A stretch of DNA of 64,000 nucleotides, from NCBI GenBank assembly GCA_963665325.3, contig CAXXWS020000002.1, forward strand, positions 832,001-896,000, in the 5' to 3' direction. The notes under the pieces are model-generated. The model saw nothing but the letters and a program-made list of their open reading frames with translations. It ran no database searches and was not told the DNA's origin. This DNA is from Alphaproteobacteria bacterium (GTDB taxonomy: Bacteria > Pseudomonadota > Alphaproteobacteria > Bin95). A program made the translations under genes and the position numbers. Positions 19,935 to 33,355 of the stretch are shown here, piece by piece; the first letter of the stretch is position 1; the number at the start of each line of letters is the position of its first letter.

Positions 19935-20963
19935 ATGAAGGCGTCGATAAGCGTCGGCGGCTACGACCGGAGCGGTGGCGTCGAACTCACGGAGTTCGTG
20001 CAGGAGGCCGAGCGGCTGGGCGTGGACACCGCCTGGTCGGCCGAAGCGTGGGGGGCGGACGCCGCGACCTCGCTCGCCTTCCTCGCCGGCCGGACAGAGC
20101 GCATCCGCCTCGGCACGGGCATCATGCAGATCAGCGCCCGCGCGCCTTCCATGACCGCGATGACGGCGCTCTCGCTGCACCATCTCTCCGGCGGGCGGTT
20201 TGCGCTGGGGCTCGGCGTCAGCGGCCCGCAGGTGGTGGAAGGGCTGCATGGCGCGGCCTATGCCCGGCCGCTCTCGCGGCTCAGGGAAACGGTCGCCATC
20301 ATGCGCATGGCGTTCGCAGGCGAGAAGCTGCAGTTCGAGGGTTCCGAATACCGCCTGCCGCGGCCGGGCGGCGAGGGCAAGGCGATCCGGCTGGACTTTC
20401 CGCCGGCGGACATCCCGATCTACCTGGCGACGCTCGGGCCGCGCGCGCTCGAATATACCGGCGAGGCGGCCGACGGCTGGCTCGGCACCTCCTTTTCGCC
20501 CGACTATCCGGCAGCCCATCTCGACTATCTCCGCCGGGGCGCCGAGCGGGCGGGGCGCACGCTCTCCGACATCGACCTGGAGACGGCCTGCGCCGTCGCC
20601 ATCGACGAGGATGTGGAGCGGCTGATCGAGGAACGCCGGCCCGGCGTCGCCTTCCAGATGGGCGCCATGGGGTCCGCGCGGACCAATTTCTACAATGACG
20701 CCTTCCGCCGTGCCGGCTTTGAGGACGATGCACGCGCGATCCAGCGACTCTGGATCGAAGGCAAGCGCGAGGAGGCCGCAAAGCGTGTGCCGGACGAGAT
20801 GATTACCGCCTTCGGCGCCGTCGGATCGCCGGATATGGTGCGCGCCCGCTTCGAGACCTACCGCGATTGCGGCATTGACGGTCTCAACCTGCGCTTCGAT
20901 GCGCGCCTCGACCGACGCGCCCGGCTCGCGCAACTGGAACAGGCCATGGACCTGCTACCATGA
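19935..20963 (+). CDS. LLM-class (probably F420-dependent type) oxidoreductase
   Basis: [38 protein letters not shown]. Confidence 0.85.
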   Translation: MKASISVGGYDRSGGVELTEFVQEAERLGVDTAWSAEAWGADAATSLAFLAGRTERIRLGTGIMQISARAPSMTAMTALSLHHLSGGRFALGLGVSGPQVVEGLHGAAYARPLSRLRETVAIMRMAFAGEKLQFEGSEYRLPRPGGEGKAIRLDFPPADIPIYLATLGPRALEYTGEAADGWLGTSFSPDYPAAHLDYLRRGAERAGRTLSDIDLETACAVAIDEDVERLIEERRPGVAFQMGAMGSARTNFYNDAFRRAGFEDDARAIQRLWIEGKREEAAKRVPDEMITAFGAVGSPDMVRARFETYRDCGIDGLNLRFDARLDRRARLAQLEQAMDLLP

Positions 20964-21652
20964 CGACGCTCGTCCTGCTGCGCCACGGACAGAGCGAGTG
21001 GAACCGCGAGGACCGGTTCACCGGCTGGGTGGATGTGGACCTGACCGAGGACGGCTTGGCGGAGGCCGAAAGGGCCGGCGACGCGCTCCGCGCGGGCGGG
21101 TTCGACTTCGATATCGCCTACACCTCGGTGCTGAAGCGCGCCGTGCGCACGCTCTGGATCGCGCTCGACCGCATGGACCGGATGTGGCTACCGGTGATCC
21201 GCGACTGGCGGCTGAACGAACGCCATTACGGCGGGCTCACCGGCCTCAACAAGCAGGAGACGCGCGAGCGCCACGGCGAGGAGCAGGTTCACATCTGGCG
21301 CCGCAGCTTCGACACGCCGCCGCCGGCGCTGGGCCACGACGATCCGCGCTGGCGGGAGCAGGCGGCGGACCGGCGGTATGCGGATGTGCCGGGCGGGGTG
21401 CCCACCTACGAAACGCTGAAGCTGACCATCGAACGGGTCCGGCCCTATTGGGACGCTGAGATCGCGCCCAGGGTCGCGCGCGGCGAGCGGGTGCTGATCT
21501 CCGCGCACGGCAACTCGCTGCGCGCGCTCATCAAGCATCTGGAAGGCATTTCCGACGAGGACATCCCCTCGTTCGAGATCGCGACCGGACGGCCGCGGAT
21601 CTATGAACTCGGGGACGACCTGAAACCCCTCAAAGTTTACGACCTGGATTGA
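20960..21652 (+). CDS. gpmA: 2,3-bisphosphoglycerate-dependent phosphoglycerate mutase
   Basis: [23 protein letters not shown]. Confidence 0.95.
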   Translation: MTTLVLLRHGQSEWNREDRFTGWVDVDLTEDGLAEAERAGDALRAGGFDFDIAYTSVLKRAVRTLWIALDRMDRMWLPVIRDWRLNERHYGGLTGLNKQETRERHGEEQVHIWRRSFDTPPPALGHDDPRWREQAADRRYADVPGGVPTYETLKLTIERVRPYWDAEIAPRVARGERVLISAHGNSLRALIKHLEGISDEDIPSFEIATGRPRIYELGDDLKPLKVYDLD

Positions 21653-21653
21653 G

Positions 21654-22442
21654 ATGAAGCTCAGCCGCCGCCCGACCGTCGCCGTGCTGCCGCTCACGGG
21701 CATCATCGGCGTTCCCGGACGCAGCGGCGCCCGCGCGCTCACCTATGAGGCCGTGGCGCCGGCTATCGAACGCGCCTTTGGCTACCGCCGGCTGAAGGCG
21801 GTCGCGCTCTCTATCAACAGTCCGGGGGGCAGCGCCGTCCAGTCCGCGCGGATCGCAGACCGTATCCGCACGCTCGGCGAGGAGAAGGGCGTGCCGGTGC
21901 TGAGCTTCGTGGACGATGTCGGGGCCTCCGGCGGATACTGGCTCGCCTGCACCGGCTCGGAGATCTTCGTGCACGAGGCGTCCATCCTCGGCTCCATCGG
22001 CGTCATCTTCGCCGGCTTCGGCTTCGACGGGGCGCTGGAGCGTCTCGGCGTCGAGCGCCGGGTGCACGCGCTGGGCGAGCGCAAGGGGATGTTGGACCCC
22101 TTCAGGCCCGAAAAGCCGGAAGACGTCGCCGCACTTCATGCCATGCAGGAAGACATCCACAATGTCTTCATCGAGTGGGTGCGCGAGCGCCGCGGCGTCC
22201 GGCTCCGGGAAGACGGCGACGAGCTGTTTTCCGGCAAGGTGTGGACGGGTCGGCAGGCGGTAGCGCTCGGCCTGGCCGACGGCGTGGGCGAGATGCGCCA
22301 GGTCATCCGCGAGCGGTTCGGCAAGAAGGTCCGGATGCGGGTCGCGCTCCGGCGGCGCCGGCGATTCCCGCTGCTGCCCGCGCTGCCGGGCCTCGCCGAT
22401 GCGCTGGAGGAGCGGTTGCTTTGGGCGCGCTATGGCCTATGA
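21654..22442 (+). CDS. S49 family peptidase (SppA/SohB-like)
   Basis: INSPGGS, ASGGYW, GSIGVI. Confidence 0.92.
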   Translation: MKLSRRPTVAVLPLTGIIGVPGRSGARALTYEAVAPAIERAFGYRRLKAVALSINSPGGSAVQSARIADRIRTLGEEKGVPVLSFVDDVGASGGYWLACTGSEIFVHEASILGSIGVIFAGFGFDGALERLGVERRVHALGERKGMLDPFRPEKPEDVAALHAMQEDIHNVFIEWVRERRGVRLREDGDELFSGKVWTGRQAVALGLADGVGEMRQVIRERFGKKVRMRVALRRRRRFPLLPALPGLADALEERLLWARYGL

Positions 22443-22469
22443 AGGGGGCAGCGAAGGGAGGACCCGCCC

Positions 22470-22658
22470 ATGCTCTGGAAATTGCTGCTTCTCGCCGCCG
22501 TCATCTTCATGGTGTTTGTTGGCTGGAAGCGGATCGAGGGCATGGCCCGCAAGGCCAACAAGCTCGTGAACAAGGCGCGGGACGAGCAGGACGGCGAGCC
22601 CATCGACCTCGAACGCGACCCGGACAGCGGGTCTTACCGGAGGCGGGACCGGGACTGA
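22470..22658 (+). CDS. small membrane-anchored hypothetical protein
   Basis: GGGAGG SD, N-terminal hydrophobic helix, charged tail; fills the gap before glyQ. Confidence 0.65.
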   Translation: MLWKLLLLAAVIFMVFVGWKRIEGMARKANKLVNKARDEQDGEPIDLERDPDSGSYRRRDRD

Positions 22659-22707
22659 TGCGGAAGGCCGTTGTTGCCGAACGGCGCGGCCGGGCTGCTG
22701 CCGCCCC

Positions 22708-23586
22708 ATGAAGTCCGCGCCGAGCTTCCAGGAGCTAATCCTGGCTCTCCAGCGTTTCTGGGCGGGGCAGGGTTGCGCCGTGCTGCAGCCTTACGACATG
22801 CAGGTGGGCGCCGGCACCTTCCACCCGGCGACGACGCTACGCTCGCTCGGGCCGGAGCCGTGGCGCACCGCCTATGTGCAGCCCTCGCGCCGACCGACCG
22901 ACGGGCGCTACGGCGAGAATCCCAACCGCCTCCAGCACTATTACCAGTTCCAGGTGCTGCTGAAGCCGAGCCCGCCGGACATACTGGACCTCTATTTCGC
23001 CTCGCTCGCGGCAATCGGCATCGATGCGCGCGAGCACGACCTGCGCCTCGTCGAGGACGACTGGGAGAGCCCGACGCTAGGCGCCTGGGGCCTCGGCTGG
23101 GAGGTCTGGTGCGACGGCATGGAGGTGAGCCAGTTCACCTATTTCCAGCAGGTCGGCGGCTATGACTGCAACCCGGTCTCGGGCGAGATCACCTACGGGC
23201 TGGAGCGCCTCGCCATGTATGTGCAGGGGGTAGAGAATGTCTACGACCTCGATTTCAACGGCGCGGGCCTTTCCTATGGCGATGTCTTCCTCCAGGCCGA
23301 GCGCGAGTTCTCCGCATACAATTTCGAGCATGCGGACACCGAAGCGCTGTTCCGCCACTTCGCCGATGCCGAGCGCGAGTGCGCGGCGCTCGTGGAGGCC
23401 GGGCTGGCGCTGCCGGCTTACGACCAGTGCATTCTGGCCAGCCACGCTTTCAACATGCTGGATGCGCGCGGCGTCGTGAGCGTGACGGAGCGGGCGGCCT
23501 ATATCGGGCGCGTGAGGGCGCTTGCCCGCGCGTCCGCCGGGGCTTGGCTCCGGTCGCGCGGCTATCTGGATGCACCGGCGGCATGA
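22708..23586 (+). CDS. glyQ: glycine-tRNA ligase alpha subunit
   Basis: [36 protein letters not shown]. Confidence 0.97.
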   Translation: MKSAPSFQELILALQRFWAGQGCAVLQPYDMQVGAGTFHPATTLRSLGPEPWRTAYVQPSRRPTDGRYGENPNRLQHYYQFQVLLKPSPPDILDLYFASLAAIGIDAREHDLRLVEDDWESPTLGAWGLGWEVWCDGMEVSQFTYFQQVGGYDCNPVSGEITYGLERLAMYVQGVENVYDLDFNGAGLSYGDVFLQAEREFSAYNFEHADTEALFRHFADAERECAALVEAGLALPAYDQCILASHAFNMLDARGVVSVTERAAYIGRVRALARASAGAWLRSRGYLDAPAA

Positions 23587-25634
23587 GCGAACTGCTCGTC
23601 GAACTGTTGTCGGAGGAGATCCCGGCCCGGATGCAGGACCGGGCGCGGCGCGATTTCGAGCGCCTTGTTCTGGAGAGCCTGAAGGAAGCCGACCTCTCGC
23701 ATGGGCCCTCGCGAGCCTTCGCCACGCCGCGCCGGATCGCGCTTGTCGTCGAGGGCCTGCCGGAACGCCAGCCGGATCGCACCGAGGAGCGCAAGGGGCC
23801 GCGCGTCGGCGCGCCGGACCGGGCTATCGAGGGGTTCCTGAAAGCCGCAGGTCTCGCGAGCCTGGATGAGTGCGAGCGTCGGCAGCAGGGCAAGGCCGAG
23901 TTCTGGTTCGCGGTGCGCAGCGTGCCCGGCCGGCCGGCGCGCGAGGTGCTGGCGGAAATCGTCGCGGACGCGGTGGGGCGGCTCGCCTGGCCCAAGTCGA
24001 TGCGGTGGGGCGATGCGCCGATGCGCTATGTGCGGCCGCTGCGGAACGTACTGGCCCTCTTCGGCGGCGAGCCGCTGCGCGGCGGCGTCGAAATCGGCGG
24101 CACGGAAGGACGGCTCGACTTCTCGGACCGCACAGAGGGCCACCGCTTCATGGCGCCGGAGACGTTCTCCGTCGCCGGGTTCGCCGATTACGAGGCGAAG
24201 CTCCGGGCGGCCTTTGTCCTGATCGATGCAGAAGAGCGCGTGCAGCGTATCCGGGAGGGGGCCCCGGAGGGCGCCCGCCTCTCCGAACGCCTGCTGGCTG
24301 AGAACGCGGGGCTCACAGAATGGCCCGTGCCGGGCGTCGGCGATTTCGACCCGGCCTTCCTCGAATTGCCGCCCGAAGTGCTGGTGACAAGCATGGAGAC
24401 GCACCAGCGCTATTTTCCCGTGGACGATGAGGCCGGCGGCCTGGCGCCACGCTTCGTGTTCGTTGCCAATATCGAGGCCGGGGACGGTAATGCGGCGGTG
24501 CGCGCCGGCAATGAGCGCGTGCTGCGCGCGCGGCTCGCGGACGCCAAATTCTTCTGGGACCAGGACCGGACGCGCCGGCTCGAAGACCGCGTTGCGATGC
24601 TCGATGCGGTGGTGTTCCACGCGAAGCTCGGCAGCGTCGGAGACAAGGTCCGGCGGCTGGAACGCCTGGCGGACCGGCTCGCTGAGTTCGTGCCCGGCGC
24701 CGACTCCATGCGCTGCCGGCAGGCGGTCGGTCTGGCCAAGGCAGACCTCGTGACCGGCATGGTCGGAGAGTTCCCGGAGTTACAGGGCCTGATGGGCCGC
24801 TACTACGCCCTCGGCGAGGGACTGGACCCGGAGGTAGCCGATGCGCTGGCCGAACACTACAGGCCGCAGGGACCGGGCGACGAGGCGCCGGTTGCGCCGG
24901 TCTCAATCGTTGCGGCGCTCGCGGACAAGTTCGACACGCTGGCCGGGTTCTTCTCCATCGACGAGCGGCCGACGGGTTCGCGCGATCCGTTCGCGCTCCG
25001 CCGGGCGGCGCTCGGCATCGTGCGGATCGTGCTGGAGAACGCCCTGCGCCTTCCGCTGCGGGAGGCAATTGCTTCGGCGCTGAAAGGCTACGGCACCGAG
25101 GAAGGCGGCGAGGCGCTGTTCGCCTTCTTCGAGGATCGCCTCAAGGCGCATCTGCGCGAGCGCGGCGCCCGGCACGACCTGGTGTCGGCCGTATTCGCGC
25201 TCGGCGACGAGGACGACCTGACGCGGCTGATGGCCCGCGTTGCCTTCCTCGAACGCTTCGTGGACGAGGAGGACGGCGCCAACCTGCTGACGGCTTACAA
25301 GCGCGCCGGCAGCATCCTCGCCATTGAGGAGAAGAAGGACAGCGCCTCCTATGGCGCGGAGGCGGACCCGGCGGCCTTCGCGGTCGAAGCCGAACGCGCT
25401 CTGCACGAAGCTCTGGCGCGGGCGGGCGCGGCGGCGTCCCGTGCCGTCGAAGCGGAGGACTTTTCCGCCGCAACCCAGGCATTGGCGACCCTGCGCGCGC
25501 CGGTGGACCGGTTCTTCGACGAGGTGACTGTGAACGCCGACGATGCCGCACTCCGCGTCAACCGCCTCCGGTTGCTTGCAGGCATCCGCGCCGCGACCGC
25601 CGGCGTCGCGGACTTTTCCAGGATCGAGGGCTAA
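23583..25634 (+). CDS. glyS: glycine-tRNA ligase beta subunit
   Basis: [32 protein letters not shown]. Confidence 0.96.
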   Translation: MSELLVELLSEEIPARMQDRARRDFERLVLESLKEADLSHGPSRAFATPRRIALVVEGLPERQPDRTEERKGPRVGAPDRAIEGFLKAAGLASLDECERRQQGKAEFWFAVRSVPGRPAREVLAEIVADAVGRLAWPKSMRWGDAPMRYVRPLRNVLALFGGEPLRGGVEIGGTEGRLDFSDRTEGHRFMAPETFSVAGFADYEAKLRAAFVLIDAEERVQRIREGAPEGARLSERLLAENAGLTEWPVPGVGDFDPAFLELPPEVLVTSMETHQRYFPVDDEAGGLAPRFVFVANIEAGDGNAAVRAGNERVLRARLADAKFFWDQDRTRRLEDRVAMLDAVVFHAKLGSVGDKVRRLERLADRLAEFVPGADSMRCRQAVGLAKADLVTGMVGEFPELQGLMGRYYALGEGLDPEVADALAEHYRPQGPGDEAPVAPVSIVAALADKFDTLAGFFSIDERPTGSRDPFALRRAALGIVRIVLENALRLPLREAIASALKGYGTEEGGEALFAFFEDRLKAHLRERGARHDLVSAVFALGDEDDLTRLMARVAFLERFVDEEDGANLLTAYKRAGSILAIEEKKDSASYGAEADPAAFAVEAERALHEALARAGAAASRAVEAEDFSAATQALATLRAPVDRFFDEVTVNADDAALRVNRLRLLAGIRAATAGVADFSRIEG

Positions 25635-25637
25635 GCG

Positions 25638-28301
<2,664 letters not shown>

Positions 28302-28357
28302 ACGCCCTTGTCCTGTCGGACGCCGCGAGCATCCGCTGATCCGCCGACAGCTCCGGC

Positions 28358-28993
28358 CTACCCGCCCAAGATCCTGGCCCTCTGTCTCTTGGCTTCGAGA
28401 TCGGCAGTTTCCGAGTCCCGGGCGGTTTCGACGGCCTTTATCCTGTTGCGGCAATCGCGCGTAAGCGGCTCAGTGCATTTCCTGTCGATTCGAGCAATTG
28501 CAGCCGCTGCGTCCCCCCGGACTTTCGCCTTCAGGCGGTCGTAATGCCGGTCCCGTTTCCTTGTGCTGTCGAACGAGAGGGGCGCAAGGAAGAGCGTTAT
28601 CGAGGGCGGGTATTCGTGCGTCGCGCTTGTGCCGGCATCCAGGGCAAGGCCGATCGGACCCTTGACCACGACCTCGCCGACGGTCAAATCGCGGCGGGAT
28701 GCAGCCAGCACAGCGGTTTCGTCTTCGTGCAGCGCCTTGGAACAACGAACCGAAATATGGTGTCGGCTGTTCTCCACATGCAGAAGGCCCGGAGACGGGG
28801 TGACAACGCCGACGGTAGCGCCGTTCCGGCTCAGCACGCAATAAGCGCCCGGTGGGTCCGTAAAGACCGTAACGGGCTGTTCTGCACGGTCTATGACTCC
28901 GAAACAGGCCGGAAGGAAAATCACGCCGGCACAAGCCGCAATCCTGCAAAGAACCGGCACGGCACGACGGACGGGAAGAAGCGGCCTTTTCAT
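28358..28993 (-). CDS. hypothetical lipoprotein
   Basis: Basic N-terminus, lipobox LPAC, TDPPGAYC and IGLALDAGTSA..EYP segments; start uncertain. Confidence 0.6.
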   Translation of the reverse strand: MKRPLLPVRRAVPVLCRIAACAGVIFLPACFGVIDRAEQPVTVFTDPPGAYCVLSRNGATVGVVTPSPGLLHVENSRHHISVRCSKALHEDETAVLAASRRDLTVGEVVVKGPIGLALDAGTSATHEYPPSITLFLAPLSFDSTRKRDRHYDRLKAKVRGDAAAAIARIDRKCTEPLTRDCRNRIKAVETARDSETADLEAKRQRARILGG

Positions 28994-29120
28994 CGTCTCT
29001 TGCCGACGGGCAGCGGTTACTAGGATCGACCGCCGGAACCTAGCAACGATTCGCCATATCGGCGCCACCCCTTCGGCGCAGGGGCGGCTCCGGCATCGGC
29101 CCAAGGTGACGAAAGAGGAT

Positions 29121-29981
29121 TCAGCGTCCCGGCCGGGCTTCGCGCATGGCGATGTAGATCGCGCTCGCGAAGACGAGGATGCCGCCGGCAACGGTCCAGA
29201 CGTCGGGGATTTCCGCGTAAAGCAGGAAGCCGTTCAGCGCCGCGAAGGGCAGCCGGAGGAAGTCGAACGGCATGACGGTGCCGGCTTCGCCAGTTGCGAG
29301 CGAGCGCGTCAGGCACATATGCGCAGCGAAGCCCGAGCCTGCAAGCAGCGCAATCCAGGGCAACGCTTCCGGCGTCGGCGTTGTCCACACGAATGCCGTC
29401 GGGACGGCGGAGAAGACGAGCAGCAGCAGATTTACGGTGAAGACCATGCGGGTCGGGGATTCCGTGTCCGCCATCGTCTTCACGCAGATATTGCTGACTG
29501 CGTAGAACAAGGCCGCTCCGAGCAGCATGGCCGTAGGCAGGCCGACGGCTGCGAAGCCCGGCCGGACGATCACCAGTACCCCGGCAAAGCCGGCAAGCGT
29601 CGCCAGCCAGCGGCGGATGCCGGGGCGCTCGGCGAACAGCAGCATCGCCAGCAGGATGGTGAACAGCGGATAGGCCGACTGGATCGCGACCGCGTCGGCA
29701 AGCGGCACGACCCCGATCGCATGGAACCACATAGTCATGGCGGCGAAGGTGCTGACCCCGCGCAGCAAATTTGGCCAGGGCCGCCGGATGCGCACCGCGT
29801 CCCGGCCGGCCCGGAGCGCCCAGGGAACCAGCAGGGCCGTCGAGAAGAGGCAGCGGAAGAACAGGATTTCCGGCGTCGGCAGGCTCGTCGACAGCTCGCG
29901 AACGCAAACGACGAGCAGGCTGAAGGACGCCGCGGCGCCGATCATCCAGGCAACGGCGCCAAGATTGCGTTGAGGCGGCAT
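29121..29981 (-). CDS. DMT/EamA family transporter
   Basis: About ten hydrophobic helices, GFAGVLVIVRPG. Confidence 0.88.
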   Translation of the reverse strand: MPPQRNLGAVAWMIGAAASFSLLVVCVRELSTSLPTPEILFFRCLFSTALLVPWALRAGRDAVRIRRPWPNLLRGVSTFAAMTMWFHAIGVVPLADAVAIQSAYPLFTILLAMLLFAERPGIRRWLATLAGFAGVLVIVRPGFAAVGLPTAMLLGAALFYAVSNICVKTMADTESPTRMVFTVNLLLLVFSAVPTAFVWTTPTPEALPWIALLAGSGFAAHMCLTRSLATGEAGTVMPFDFLRLPFAALNGFLLYAEIPDVWTVAGGILVFASAIYIAMREARPGR

Positions 29982-30002
29982 GAAGGTGGACCGTCAGGCC
30001 GC

Positions 30003-31217
30003 TCAGTGCCGCCCCAGAGTCCCGCTTTCGCGCAGTGAGGCGATCCGGGCGTCGTCGTATCCGAGGCCGCGCAGCACCGCTTCGGTGTCGTTGCCGTGGA
30101 GCGGTGGCGGCGCGGAATCGATGCTGACAGGCGTGTCGCTGAAATGGATGGGGGAGCCCAGTATCCGGATCGGCCCGGCGGAGGGGTGTTCGATGGTTCG
30201 CACCATGCCTCGATGGCCAACCTCCTCCGATTCGAGCGCTTCCGCGATGGTCCGCACGGGCCCGGCGGGCAGGTGGCGCATCTTCGACAGCCAGTGCTCT
30301 CGCGATTCGGAGCCGAAGATATCGTTCAGGAGCGCGAACAGTTCCGGCCGGTGCGCTAGCCGTGCAGCCGGTGAAGCGAAGCGCGGATCGTCCGGCAGGT
30401 CGGGGCGGTCAAGCACGTCCCGGCATAGCTGGCCGAACAGCCGGTCGGTGCCGAGCGCCATGTAGAGCGGGCCGTCGGCCGCCTGGAACAGATTGGTGGG
30501 CGTCGAGGTGATGTGGCTGTTGCCTGTACGGGGCGGTGGTTCGCCGCTGCACAGATAGTAGAGGCCCGCATTGCCGAGCGCGGCCACGGCGACATCGGCG
30601 AGCGCGAGCTCGATATACTGGCCCCGGCCGGTATCCCGGCGCGCGAGCAGGGCCGCATTGACGGAGGCGGCGGCATAAAGCGCCGTCATCGTGTCGATGA
30701 GCGAGAGCGGGTGGCGCATCGGCCGTCCGTCCGGCTCGCCGGTCAGCGACATCATGCCGAATTCGGCCTGCAATACCGGGTCGAAGCCGGGGCGGTCCGC
30801 CATCGGCCCGTCCTGCCCGTATGCGGAGACGGAGAGATAGATCAGCCGCGGGAACCGTTCGGCGAGGGAGGTGTAGTCGAGGCCGAAGCGCTTCATCACG
30901 CCCACGCGGAAATTCTCGACCACGATATCCGCATCCGCCAGCAGGTCGAACACGACTTCCTTGCCTTCCGGCGTGCGGACATCGAGGGCGATGCTCTTCT
31001 TGTTGCGGTTGAAGGCGAGGAAGAAATGGCTTTCTCCCGCCGCGCCGGGCTCCGCCATGCGCCTCGTGTCGTCGCCGGTCGCCGGGTTCTCGATCTTGAC
31101 GACTTCGGCGCCCATATCGGCGAGAACCTGCGTGCAGAGCGGCCCCGCGATGATGCGCGAGAAATCCACCACCTTGATGCCCCGGAGCGGGGGCGTGCCC
31201 GATTGCGGCACTGGCAT
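30003..31217 (-). CDS. CaiB/BaiF family III CoA-transferase
   Basis: PLRGIKVVDFSRIIAGP, NRNKKS, ENFRVG; 3' part of ORF 30003..32516, start 31217 or 31232. Confidence 0.92.
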   Translation of the reverse strand: MPVPQSGTPPLRGIKVVDFSRIIAGPLCTQVLADMGAEVVKIENPATGDDTRRMAEPGAAGESHFFLAFNRNKKSIALDVRTPEGKEVVFDLLADADIVVENFRVGVMKRFGLDYTSLAERFPRLIYLSVSAYGQDGPMADRPGFDPVLQAEFGMMSLTGEPDGRPMRHPLSLIDTMTALYAAASVNAALLARRDTGRGQYIELALADVAVAALGNAGLYYLCSGEPPPRTGNSHITSTPTNLFQAADGPLYMALGTDRLFGQLCRDVLDRPDLPDDPRFASPAARLAHRPELFALLNDIFGSESREHWLSKMRHLPAGPVRTIAEALESEEVGHRGMVRTIEHPSAGPIRILGSPIHFSDTPVSIDSAPPPLHGNDTEAVLRGLGYDDARIASLRESGTLGRH

Positions 31218-31270
31218 GTCGTATCCGTTCATGTTCCGGGGAATGGGCTGGCGGTACGAGGCGGCCGGCG

Positions 31271-32437
31271 TCAGCCGAATTCGTTGTCGTGCCGGGCCAG
31301 ATAGCTGACAATGCGGTGCAGCGCGGTTTCCAGCTGCTCTCCGGAGCGCGCGAAACAAAGGCGGAAGTTCTCTTCGTTGCCAGGTCCGAAGGTGAAGCCG
31401 GGCGCGGTGCCGACATCCTCCTCCGCCAGCAGGCCCTGCGAGAAATCCATGCTTGAGCGAAGCCCCCGCAGGCGCGGGAAGGCGTAGAACGCGCCCTCCG
31501 GCATGTGCAGGTCGATACGCGGGTGGGGGGCGAGTATCTCCATCACCGAGTCTCGCCCGGCGCGGTAGCGTTCGCGCAACTCCCGCACCAGCGGTTCGCC
31601 CTGTTCGAGCGCGGCGATCCCGGCGCTCTGCACGATGGGCGGCGCGCCGGTATTGGCGCATTCCGAATAGGCGGCCATCTGCTCCCGGTAGCCGGAGGGC
31701 ACCACCATCCAGCCGAGCCGCCAGCCGGTCATCGCAAACGCCTTGGAGAAGCCGTTGACGACGATCAACGGGTCGTCCGGAGCCGCGATCTGGAGGAAGG
31801 AGGGCGCGGCGTCGCCGTCGAATATGTTGCGGTGATAGACCTCGTCCGCGAGGATGACGATGCCCCGCTCCCGGCAGAAGTCGAGCAGGCGCCGCTGTTC
31901 TGTCGCCGGCATGACCCATCCGGTCGGGTTGCAGGGCGTGTTGATGAACAGCGCGCGGGTGTTCGGGCGCGCGGCGGCGTAAACGTCTTCCAAATCCAGC
32001 GTCCAGCCATCGGGGCCGAGCCGCTGGCGCACGAACTCGAACTCGGCGCCCGTCATCTGGAACGCGCGGTCGATATTCGGCCAGTTGGGGCTCACGATCA
32101 GCGCATGGTCGCCTGCGCCCGCAGCCATACGGGCGGCCAGAAAGATGCCGAGCATGGTCGAGCCCGGCACCGCCACCCGGTCGGGGTCGAGGTCGATGTC
32201 GTATATCCGGTCGAGATAGGCCTTGATGGCCGCGAGCAGCTCCGCGCGGCCGCTCGGATGGTTGTAAAAGGTGAGGCCGTCGTCGATGGCCTGCTTGGCC
32301 GCCTCGCGGATGAAGGCGGGCGTGACGAGATCGCCCTCTCCGAACCAGAGCGGGATGACGCTCGGATCGTTGATCCGGGGCAGCGCCACGCCCGTGATCC
32401 CATTCTGCTCCAGCGTCTCGAATTCCTGTCGCAACAA
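31271..32437 (-). CDS. PLP-dependent class I/II aminotransferase
   Basis: WFGEGD, NTPCNPTG, DEVY, FSKAFAMTGWRLG; start approximate (TTG 32437 or ATG 32470). Confidence 0.9.
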   Translation of the reverse strand: MLRQEFETLEQNGITGVALPRINDPSVIPLWFGEGDLVTPAFIREAAKQAIDDGLTFYNHPSGRAELLAAIKAYLDRIYDIDLDPDRVAVPGSTMLGIFLAARMAAGAGDHALIVSPNWPNIDRAFQMTGAEFEFVRQRLGPDGWTLDLEDVYAAARPNTRALFINTPCNPTGWVMPATEQRRLLDFCRERGIVILADEVYHRNIFDGDAAPSFLQIAAPDDPLIVVNGFSKAFAMTGWRLGWMVVPSGYREQMAAYSECANTGAPPIVQSAGIAALEQGEPLVRELRERYRAGRDSVMEILAPHPRIDLHMPEGAFYAFPRLRGLRSSMDFSQGLLAEEDVGTAPGFTFGPGNEENFRLCFARSGEQLETALHRIVSYLARHDNEFG

Positions 32438-32548
32438 GGCTGTCTTCCCGTTTCTGCGATGGCGCAACATAGCCGCAATCGCGCTTCCGTCCCACGCCTC
32501 GCGCCCGGCGTGCCAACCGTGCAATATTGGGGCGGGGGAGATCAGGCG

Positions 32549-33355
32549 ATGTTGCAGCAGGCTATCGACTTGCGCGAGGAGGGCGCAGCGCTCCACGCTT
32601 TCCTGGCGGGGCTGGACGATGCGGACTGGGCGCGGCCGACGCCGTTCAAGGGCTGGACGGCCAACGCTGTCATGCAGCATCTGCATTCCGGCGACTGGAT
32701 GGCGTCGGTCTCGCTGGAAGACCCGGACCGGTTCGCCCGGATCGCAGCGGCGCGGCGTGCTGCGAGGGAGCGCGGCGAGGCCTCACCCGACCTGGGGGAA
32801 GGCGCCCCGGAAATTCGCGAAGGCCCGGCGTTGCTGGAGCAGTGGTGGCGCCTCCTCTCCCGGCTCTGCAACCTGATGGAGGGGGAGGACCCCGACCGCC
32901 GGGTGGCCTGGGTCGGCCCAGACATGGGCCTGCGCTCCTTTGCCACGGCCCGCCAGATGGAGACCTGGGCGCACGGGCAGGACATTTACGACCTCCTGCA
33001 GGCGCCGCGCGAGCATTTCGACCGGCTCGCCAATATCTGCGTGCTCGGCTGCCAGACCTTCGGCTGGACCTTCCGCAATCGCGGCCTGGAGCCGCCCGCG
33101 CCCATGCCCTGCGTGAGGCTGACGCTTCCGTCCGGCGCACCGTGGGAAAGCGGCGCGGAGAGCGCGACGGACCGCGTGGAAGGAACGGCGCTAGATTTCT
33201 GCCGCGTCGTGACGCAGGGCCGCAATATCGCCGATGTCGATCTGGAGGTCGTGGGCGAGCCGGCGCGGGCCTGGATGGCGATCGCGCAATGTTTCGCGGG
33301 CCCGCCCAACGATCCGCCGGCGCCCGGCGCGCGGGCATGGGACCGGCGGTCGTGA
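32549..33355 (+). CDS. TIGR03084-like metal-binding protein (MDMPI/DinB superfamily)
   Basis: PTPFKGWT..HL, TARQMETWAHGQD, AQCFAGPP. Confidence 0.8.
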   Translation: MLQQAIDLREEGAALHAFLAGLDDADWARPTPFKGWTANAVMQHLHSGDWMASVSLEDPDRFARIAAARRAARERGEASPDLGEGAPEIREGPALLEQWWRLLSRLCNLMEGEDPDRRVAWVGPDMGLRSFATARQMETWAHGQDIYDLLQAPREHFDRLANICVLGCQTFGWTFRNRGLEPPAPMPCVRLTLPSGAPWESGAESATDRVEGTALDFCRVVTQGRNIADVDLEVVGEPARAWMAIAQCFAGPPNDPPAPGARAWDRRS

